A DNA stretch of 63,149 nt, filler included, from Octopus bimaculoides (Eukaryota): the NCBI RefSeq assembly GCF_001194135.2. It is 6 parts of 6 records of this genome, joined end to end, with 100 filler letters (N's around TTAATTAATTAA, not from the genome) between each part and the next. Parts side by side here need not be neighbours in the genome. Positions count along the whole stretch, not along the records: positions 51,907 to 54,811 come from NW_026343203.1; positions 54,912 to 59,319 come from NC_068994.1; positions 59,420 to 63,149 come from NW_026373937.1; 3 more parts are not named here. One strand, given 5' to 3'. The notes below the pieces were generated by a model, which searched no databases, was not told where the DNA came from, and saw only the letters and a program-made list of their open reading frames with translations. Each line of letters starts with the position of its first letter. Position 1 is the stretch's first letter. Below, piece by piece: positions 53,783 through 63,149 of this stretch. The translations under genes were made by a program, and so were the position numbers.

Positions 53783-54180
53783 AGGTGCAGGAGTGGCTGT
53801 GTGGTAAGTAGCTTGCTTACCAACCACATGGTTCAGGGTTCAGTCCCACTGCATAGCACCTTGGGCAAGTGTCTTCTACTATAGCCTCAGGCCGACTAAA
53901 GCCTTGTGAGTGGATTTGGTAGATGGAAACTGAAAGAAGCCTGTCGTATATATATATATATATATATATTTGTGTGTCTGTGTTTGTCCCCCCAACTTCG
54001 CTTGATAACCGATGCTGATGTGTTTATGTCCCCGTAACTTAGCAGTTCGGCAAAAGAGACCGATAGAATAAGTACTAGGCTTCCAAAGAATAAGTCCTAG
54101 GGTTGATTTACTCGACTAAAGGTGGTGCTCCAGCATGGCCGCAGACAAATGACTGAAACAAGTAGAAAGAGTAAAAAGAG
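53783..54180 (+). mobile_element. Full-length SINE-B
   Basis: aggtgcaggagtggctgtgtggtaagtagcttgcttaccaaccacatgg...ccagcatggccgcag...gagtaaaaagag; an A-run lies upstream. Confidence 0.9.
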
Positions 54181-54204
54181 TATCCAATAGACTTTGCAAA
54201 GTGG

Positions 54205-54607
54205 TTGGCATTTTGAAGGACATCCAAGTGTAGAAATTATGCAAAGCAGATACTGGAGCTTGGCGTAGTCACCTGGCTCATCAGATCCATGCAAACACAG
54301 AAGGGTAGAAGAATAAAGATCCCTTTCAGTTAAGAATAACCATGGCATTGGCAAGGTTGTTTATGGAACACCAGCAGTTACCCATACATACCCCCACCCC
54401 ATGCTACTGATGTTATCCAAGGAAAAAGCAATGGTCAATACAGCTTAGCACCAGTGACATTGCAACTCATTTCTTGAGATGAGTGACTTGGAGAAACATA
54501 AAATAAAGTGTCTAGCTCAAAAGCACAATACACCGACTGTATGGGAATTGAACTCACTGCTTCATGACTGTGAGCCTGATGCTTTAACCACTGAGACATG
54601 CACCTTC
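54205..54607 (-). mobile_element. H1+T2 SINE, strongly CpG-decayed
   Basis: ggcaaggttgtttatggaacaccagcagttacccat...gcaccagtgacattgcaactcatttc...ttaaccactgagacatgcacctt. Confidence 0.75.
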
Positions 54608-54630
54608 ATTAGAAATATATGTATATATAT

Positions 54631-54797
54631 AGGCGTAAGAGTGGCTGTGTGGTAAATAGCTTGCTTACCAACCACATGGTTCCGGGTTCATTCCCACTGT
54701 GTGGCACCTTGGGCAAGTGTCTTCTACTATGGCCTCGGGCCGACCAAAGACTTCTGAGTGGATTTGGTAGACAGAAACTGAAAAAAGCCTGTCGTGT
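54631..54797 (+). mobile_element. SINE-B 5' half (3' part lost in linker gap)
   Basis: Same head and body as 53783. Confidence 0.85.
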
Positions 54798-55598
54798 ATA
54801 TATATATATATNNNNNNNNNNNNNNNNNNNNNNNNNNNNNNNNNNNNNNNNNNNNTTAATTAATTAANNNNNNNNNNNNNNNNNNNNNNNNNNNNNNNNN
54901 NNNNNNNNNNNAACTGAATTCAATTGAATTTCATGGAGAGAAACAAGATAAATAATAGAGGGCAAACTAAAGCGAAAGGTATTATGAGATGTTTGAGGCC
55001 GTAAATAAATAAAAAATCTCTATCTTATCTGCATCTTGGAGATTTCGTCGTAGTATGTCAGCGAGATAATTTTGAATGGGTTTCTCATTTATATATAGCC
55101 AGAACCTGAAGACCTTAAGGAAAAACTACGAGAGAGAGAGAGAGGATGGAGGGGTAGACAGAGGCATGGCGGGAGAAAAGATCATCATCATCATCATCAT
55201 ATATATATATAAAGAGAGAGAGAGAGAGGGGGGGAACCAGTCAAGCAGCACATCACGCTGTAATTCTTGGGCTGAGATATATATACGTATACATATATAA
55301 CATATTTGAATATATTTGGTGGGGAAGAGAGAGAAGGAGCACAGGTATGACTGTGTTAAGAAGTTTACTTCATGACTACATAGTTTTGGGCTCAATCCTG
55401 CTTGTGGCACTTTGGGCAACCATTTTCCCAAGTAGCTAATAGTTGATGTATGCCTTGTTAGTGCAGAAGCTTGTTATATATATATATTATACACACAAGC
55501 ACAAATACACCTTACACTTATGTTCATATATATGAATAACACATACAGTTATTACATGTAGTTGCACACACATGTATAAATGTGTGTGTGTGTGTGTG

Positions 55599-55652
<54 letters not shown>

Positions 55653-57433
55653 CATCGCTACTATGTTTGTCATCAAGTCATGTTTTGTTAGTACCATCAA
55701 AAACTTGTTTGAAGGCAGAGAACTCACTAGTTTATTGAATGATGGAACTCTGTGTGTTAGTCTTCTAAGCACATAAATATTTTGATTGTAGCTATCTTAG
55801 CATTACTGTCAGCTTAAATTCATATTTTTCATCATGAATACTCGTGATACTGATTGTGTTTTACAATAGAATGATTTTCAAGATTTTTAAGGTGACATAA
55901 ATAGAAACTTTTGATATTTTGTCGTTCCCAACAATATTAGCTGTTTAGAACATATAACTATTAAATAGACACGTTCTAGTAGTGAGATTATGCTTCAGTG
56001 AAATATTGTTTGTACCATTCTTTATGGCTTCTGAAATGGTTGGCAAATCTTTTGCTCCCCTAAGTTGAGCAAATGTATATCAACTTATTCCATGCACAAA
56101 ATAAAAGAACAAGACAATACTAATCAATATTATTACTCAACCAGTCCATTATAGTAAAGTTTGTTTTCCTGTGAACTCTGCATTTTGCAGTAAACTGTGT
56201 AATGCACAGTTTAAGTCCTAATTATTTGGACATATTATACACATTAAAGAGGAAATCACCATTTTGCTGCTTTATTCACTCAGCTAGCTCTATAGCATGG
56301 TACTGTGGAGACAGAGCTCATTTCGTAGGCACAATAGGAACAGTAGAATAAAATGAAAAACATAAACTTTTGTATGAACTTTGATGTAAGTTTTATGCCA
56401 TAAGTGTTGCAGCCCACATTTCAAGAAGCATGCCTAACTTTCAAAGTAGTTTATCATATGTTTACTTTAATATCTTACTTCTTTTTCAATTAAGTACACA
56501 GATTTTTTTTGAAACAACAAAATAACACATCTGTATTCATTCCAAATGTCTGTATATTGTATCAATATTAGAAAACTTTATGAATTGACTAGGTTTTTTT
56601 TTTTTCACTGAAATACCTGGCTAATTGCTGAAAGGCTGCAATATAGTTGATTCCTTGATTCCAGTGTTGCATTAGCCCCTACCCTATGACTAAACCATTT
56701 AAAAAGTGGATTACTGGTAATAGCTTCTTCAGCATTGCACAAATAAATGGTAAAGCTAACTGTGGTAGGATTTAGACTCAGAACCCAAATGGGCAGAACT
56801 ACATTCTGCAATAACCCCTTTGGTGCTGTTGTGATCTAACCATATATGACACTATGTACACTTTGGTTGTGTGGATGTATTCCAGCACATTCACAATTTC
56901 TTACACAAGTTTTCTTTATGGTTTAAATCATTTTATTAAAATTAAAATTCTAACTACAATTGTAACCAAGATATAACAATGCAGCTTTCAAATAAAACAC
57001 AAATGAATTGTCTATTTAATCTACTTCCTATTACTTTCACTTTACTTCCTATTCTATACAGCTTCATATTTTTTTCCAATTCATACTCAAAAGTATTGAA
57101 CTCTTTTTTTTTTTTTCTAATTTGATTTCGTATTATATATTCTCAATATATTATAAATAGAAATGTGCCCTTAAGGCTTCATTTCTTTTTAACATTGGAA
57201 ATAATTTCAAGATTCTGTAGTGAAATATCTGAACAGAGTGCTAACCACTATAATTATCCTGTTATTAATCTTGGCTTTAATTGTAGCATGGTGTAGAATT
57301 GGCAATGTTGTTACAGTGTTAGGGGGAATGTGTCAATAATATTTGTTCTGACTCTGCAGTCTCAATTCAAATCCTGCTGAGGTCAACTTTGCCTCTCATA
57401 CTTTTGGGGTTGATAAAAAATATACCTGTTTAA

Positions 57434-57653
57434 CCCTTTAGCATTCAAACTGGCCATATCAGGCCAAAATATTTGGCCTGTTTTCTGTTGAAACTGACCA
57501 GGTCTGGCTCTTCACCTCATCCTTACAATATCATTCTAAAACTAGACAATCACATCATTGAAATCTCTTAACTACAAGATAATGCATCATTAATTCAAAA
57601 CAATATAAATAAACAAACATTACATTTGACAGAATAATCTGAATACTAAAGGG
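57434..57653 (+). mobile_element. piggyBac-type (TTAA) MITE
   Basis: TTAA|ccctttagcattca ... tgaatactaaaggg|TTAA (TSD 57430-57433 and 57654-57657). Confidence 0.85.
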
Positions 57654-58159
57654 TTAAGGCAATGAATCGACAGAACTGATAGAAGGTCAGGCAAAATGCC
57701 TTGTGGTATCTGTTCTGACTCTTTGTTTTCTGATAACAATGCCAGCAACAACACAAGTACCCAAAGTGTATTGATCTTAAGCAGTCACATTTCTCTTAGT
57801 ACTATCATTGATATGAAGAGGGAAGATTTGTATACTTGAGTAACTGTTAGTCTTCCTCAAGAAAAACTTGCGTAAACCTGCACATAAATAAGCAGACTCT
57901 TGGTCTGCCTCAATTGACAGAGGTCCTGTATTTTTACTTTACACAAACTTATTCATATATTTCAAGGAGATTGTGCTTTCAGTGTTCCTTCTGTACTATG
58001 TCTGTTACTTCATAAGTTGAACAATAGAATGAGGGCTAAGTGGATAGAGTCTTGAACTATCTGTTCACAGCTTATGAGTGAGTGCACTTCAATTTTTTTG
58101 CTTGTTTTTACTTTTTGGGTGTAGAAGTAGCCATGGTGCTATTGCTGCCAGACTAGTGA

Positions 58160-58350
58160 GACTCTGTCAAATATAATACTTATTTATCAACATTGTTTTG
58201 ATTTAAGCATGCATTATCTCATAGCTTTGAAATTTCAGTAACATGATTGTTTATTTTTAAAATGATATTGTAGGGTAAGTGTGAGAGGCTAGATCTGGCT
58301 GTTTTGATCATAAAATAAGGTAGAATATGGCCGACTTAAATGCTAAAGGG
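58160..58350 (-). mobile_element. Second, inverted and truncated copy of the same TTAA MITE
   Basis: Ends atatggccgacttaaatgctaaaggg|TTAA; ctctgtcaaat...ttatc matches the reverse complement of the first copy's 3' part. Confidence 0.7.
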
Positions 58351-59570
58351 TTAATATTCTGCTTGGAAGGAGAAAATAGGGGGTCAAATACCTGAGGAGA
58401 AAGGATTAGGTGATTAGGAGTTAGTACCATTTTATTCAAAAATATTACTCATTACAGAACAGCATTCTGTCTGGTGCTAGATTTATCTTTAAACAGTATA
58501 TTATGAAATCAAAGATGAGAAAGTATTTAACTTTTACATTTAATAAAATTATCCAACTTGGTGTAATACCTGACAATTAAGAGAGATAAATTGCTCTAAT
58601 TTTTCATCAAGGTGTAACTAAATTACATAGAACAAGTAGTCTATAGACTGAAAAATATCATCATTAGTTTGATGTAATTTCATGAAGATATTAATATCTA
58701 ATTAGCATAAGACTGGACAGAAAGATGTGACTGGAGCAGAGTTGAGTAATAAGTCTTTTGTATGATTTGTGACTTTATGGTAGAGACATAGTAAAGGAGC
58801 TGAGTAATACTGCATGTGTTATTGAACAAAACTAAATCTGTGTGTGTATAAACAATTTAAAGAATATCTAAGTTTACTTTGTGAGAATTAAAAACATTGA
58901 AACTCCATAAAACTTATTTGAACAGCAACAATATTAATAGAATCAATACTGTTGCACATCAACTATAACATGATCTGTGGTACTAAGATGACACATGACA
59001 AAATGTTACCTAATGTATAGCAGCATTAAGAACATAGAAAGAAGGGATTGCATACTAATAAAATAGACATCCGGGAACAAATGAGATATTTAAAAAACGA
59101 ATGAGGAATTAGATAATGACCCGGTACTGGAATGGCTGGGTGTTAAAATTTAAGAGAGCAGTTTTTAATCTCATACCTTAACTCTTAAATTTAAATAAAT
59201 GTCAGCTTCTTATCATTATGAAATATATGTAAATATTATATTATGATATGTAGTGCCAATAAAATAAATAACCCAATCATGTACAGCGAGGAAATTTGTG
59301 CTTAAAAAACATATATATANNNNNNNNNNNNNNNNNNNNNNNNNNNNNNNNNNNNNNNNNNNNTTAATTAATTAANNNNNNNNNNNNNNNNNNNNNNNNN
59401 NNNNNNNNNNNNNNNNNNNGGGCTGCAGTGGGGCAGGGAGGTGGGGGTCGCTGTTTAATGTAAATATTTATTTTACAGTCACGAATAATGTAGGGTGGGT
59501 TGAAAGATAATCGGGAATCGAGGAAGAGAGAATAGAATGGATGGGGAAACCGAGAGAAGAATAAAGACAG

Positions 59571-59610
<40 letters not shown>

Positions 59611-60924
59611 TAGAGAGAGAAAGAGAGAGGGGGAGATAGACAGACAGACAGACAGATAAATACATACATAATACATACATACACACGTATACATGCGTCC
59701 ATCCATACATACATACGCGCATACTTGTATAAAGAGATAGGTAAAAATGTAGATTGGGAAGGAGAGAGAGAGAGGGAGAGGGAGAGAGAGAAAAAGAGGG
59801 AGAGAGAGAGAAAAAGAGGGAGAGAGAGAGAAAAAGAGGGAGAGAGAGAGAAAAAGGAAGAAAGAAACGGATTGATCGATAGACAAATATAGATAGATGG
59901 AAATCAGACAGGCAGGCAGGCGGACAGACAGACAGACAGACAGACATATACAGGTATCAGTTTAGGCCAGGTCCTTATATAGACAGAAGATAAAGAAGAT
60001 ACATATTCACGGATATGAATTTACACATGAAGAGATATACCAGACTGGTACAGAACTAGACGGGTTGAATGGTTAGTATCTACACGTACATGTGTGTGTG
60101 AGTGTGTGTGTGTGTGCATGCATACATACATACATATGAAGTGATCCAATCAGATCGAAATCACGTGATTTGGTGGTCTCTGAGCTAAGGCACCAGGAGT
60201 TCTCTTCCGCTTACAATGAATTGCAGGAAACGATCGTACTGCATTACCTCTGGATATCTTTGTTGCTTATTTTAATTTCAATTTTAATCACCTTATTTTG
60301 AAATTGTATGGATAATACCGTACTAAATTCTGGTGCCTCAACTTAAGTACCATATTTATCTGAATCAAAATTTTTGCTGGACTTTATCTATCTATCTCTA
60401 TTTTGCTCTTGCACAATCTCGTCTTCTGGCTTAGTATTTCCAACGCTTGCGTTTCTTAATTCTAACTTAATACTAATTTTGCTGTCGAAACCAGAGATAA
60501 ATCCGATTGGCAGCAGATGATGGGGATCCCCTGTTTATTAGGTGTGTTTTCGTTCATTCGCTGCTGTCATTTTCCATTATCAACGTTCACAAAATAATTC
60601 TCGATTCCGAAGTTACATAAAATACCGTATAAAAATAGGTTTATAACTGGTGCTAGACAGATCATTGATAGATAAATGGTATTCACAATCAACGATGCGT
60701 TAAATACACTCTCAAAAGAAGGCTTTTGTACAGTATAGCCATGTAATATACAAAGATTCTAGCGTGAATGAATTGTGGAGTATTGGGTCTGGTCATGTAG
60801 TTGTAGATAAGCTCAAACAATATGAAAGAAAAAAAAGCGACACATACGTCTGAATTTTCATACTTTTTATACGAATTTAATTTGAAAACTGGCGGAATGT
60901 ATAAGTAAAAGAAGCGAGAATAGA

Positions 60925-61060
60925 GTGGTGCTGTTCAGGAGCATGCTTTTCAAACACGTGGTTTTGGGTTCAGTCCCACTGCATGTCCCCTTGGGCAAGT
61001 ATCTTCTGCTGTAGCCTTGGGAGTGAATTTGATAATATACGGGAACTGAATGGAAGCCTG
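60925..61060 (+). mobile_element. Degenerate SINE-B head/body
   Basis: ggtgctgttcaggagcatgc...gggttcagtcccactgc...ttgggcaagtatcttctgctgtagcc. Confidence 0.65.
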
Positions 61061-62006
61061 TTTTACATATATATATATACATGTATGTATACGTATATAT
61101 ATACGTACATATACACACACACACACACACACACATACCTATACACACACACACACGCATAATCTAACCAGTCTTTCCATAGAAATCTACAAAGCAGTAA
61201 ACCTGGCCAATCCTTCAGGGAGACCTGCGGACCAATAAATTTGTTGGTCCCCACATGATCCTCACATGATCGACAGATCAATAACCAATCAGAACTCTAC
61301 CTCAGATACCTGTATAAATTTTGGGGCCAAAAACTACGTTAGTTCCCAACAGTTTGGATTGTGTTTTAAAGGGTTGACCAGAGGAAGGAGGGCTATATCT
61401 ACGACACAGAGTTGGTAAAGTTATAAAAATGTGGTGATGGACAAAATCTTGTGGGTGCAACAGAAGGAAACCCTATTTCAGAGCATTGGGGTTATTTTCA
61501 GAATGGATGCCCTGTCACCGCTCAGGGCCCATAAGGGAGTAGAGGTCAGCCGATACATCTATCCGGGCAGACCCCGGAAGAGCCCGATGTTCCAAGCAGA
61601 GAACCCCGTGAATTTATGAAGTGGGTGAGAGGCCCTACTACCTTTTCAGGTAAGGCTTGAAAGCAACATCCTTCCATCTTACGGTGGCCTTGACTCTGCA
61701 AGAGGTACCCAAGCGAAAGCCCCCCCCCCCCCATGCGGTAGTTTTAAACTGTTCGACAAAAGTCATATATAAAAGTTCTAATCGCGTAGCCGCGACGGCG
61801 TAGCAGCCAACCCAAACATTACAAACAGCAGCAACAACAACACCAAAAATAACAACAACAACAACAACAACAAGGAACAATAAGAAGAATAACAACAAGG
61901 AAGAACACTAACAAAAACCGCCCCTATACGTGCTACTATTTGCACTTTCGGCCAACATAATGAAGTGTGGAAAAGTGTATATGATTACGTGTGCAAAGGC
62001 GAGATG

Positions 62007-62048
<42 letters not shown>

Positions 62049-62277
62049 GCTGTATTATAGCAGCAGTAGTAACAGTGGGTCGGTTCTGAAGTAACTGTTA
62101 CTTCACGTAAGAACTTCCCCTACATCGACCTTCAATGAGAGGCTCACATCTGTTGGACAGCTGGCTTCTACGCCAGCGCATCTCTACATACAAACAGGCT
62201 GATATATACGCCATTATACGTGTGTATCTAACTACCTACATATCTATCAAACTATGTGAGCATGTACGTGTATATAT

Positions 62278-62318
<41 letters not shown>

Positions 62319-62494
62319 AGAAAAGAAGGGGTGTATATGTATGTATGTATATATATATATATATGTAAGTATGTAAGCAAGAGTGTGTATGTGTATATGT
62401 ATTATGTATGTCTGTATATATTATGTGCGTGTATATATGTATGTATACATACATATGTGTGTGTGTGTGTGTGTATAAATATATATAAATGCAT

Positions 62495-62562
<68 letters not shown>

Positions 62563-62766
62563 TCTTCTGGGTTTATATCTTTCATTTCTCGCTCAAAGTT
62601 CAGAAACAGTCTTTTTCATTGGAATTCAGATTAACATCTCAGTAGCCATGTATCTGTGCATTTATATGCCATTGTGTTTGTGCCGATTTGGATGTTTGAT
62701 TTAGTCGTGTATACACATGCATATATATGTGTGTGTGTGTGTATGTGTATGTATGTGTGTGTATAT

Positions 62767-62829
62767 TACGAGGGATGTATGAAAAGTTTTGAACCTTGAA
62801 GGCTCATGACTTTTCATGCACCCCTCGTA
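62767..62829. mobile_element. 63-bp mariner mini-element consisting almost only of two TIRs
   Basis: tacgagggatgtatgaaaagt / acttttcatgcacccctcgta (21 nt including TA, 3 mismatches); TACGAGGG is a typical mariner terminus. Confidence 0.75.
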
Positions 62830-62846
62830 TGTACATATATATAAGC

Positions 62847-62886
<40 letters not shown>

Positions 62887-62899
62887 TTATTTATTTGTT

Positions 62900-63149
62900 T
62901 GAAATGCCCACAGGATCGTGCAGAAAGAGGAAGAAAAACAAAAAGACACAATCCCTTAAAATTTGAAATAATAAGAATTTGGAGCATGCGGACAGTAAAG
63001 GTCGTGCTTATAACAATTGGTGCGCTGGGAAAAGTAAGCTAAGATATAGAGAAATGTCCGAGGGAGATTGAAATAGAATATCCGGTAGAGCTCCAACAGA
63101 AAGTTTGTCTCTTAGGGACAGCAAGGATTGTCAGGAAGATTCTAAGCAC
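62900..63149 (+). mobile_element. R4/Dong-like ORF C-terminal fragment running off the window
   Basis: NPLKFEIIRIWSMRTVKVVLITIGALGKVS*DIEKCPREIEIEYPVELQQKVCLLGTARIVRKILS. Confidence 0.85.

Noticed and set aside
54912-59319. Downstream EGF exon of the VWDE-like gene
   Set aside because: No phase-1 acceptor followed by a C.C..G..G..C pattern was found; candidates at 56.65 and 58.13 kb have the wrong phase or stops.
61400-61740. Possible LINE ORF1 zinc-knuckle relic (EHWGYFQNGCP)
   Set aside because: Only one Cys of a CCHC motif is present; too weak without a search.

Overview
Eukaryotic, AT-rich, microsatellite-saturated draft-assembly DNA with many N gaps. The SINE repertoire looks like an Octopus genome (inference; no search run). 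Most of the window is intronic or intergenic. The only well-supported coding sequence is two adjacent + strand exons (52005-52160, 53356-53524) encoding the cysteine-rich segment just upstream of the EGF repeats of a VWDE-like (von Willebrand factor D and EGF domain) protein. They lie in a CpG-depleted block (about 51.9-59.3 kb) bounded exactly by artificial TTAATTAATTAA scaffold linkers. The rest is a layered transposon record: five degenerate R4/Dong-like RLE retrotransposon fragments, four next to (AAT)n tracts; a Penelope-like GIY-YIG relic and two Penelope-type hammerhead-like motifs; an RTE 3' fragment; hAT, piggyBac-type and mariner MITEs with TIRs/TSDs; a Tc1/mariner relic; and about 35 tRNA-derived SINE copies built from shuffled modules. 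Several canonical-looking minus-strand splice cassettes hint at an unannotated antisense transcript. Nearly all ORFs in the supplied track are microsatellite or N-gap artefacts. I found no clearly novel biological system; the leads below are ranked as hypotheses.
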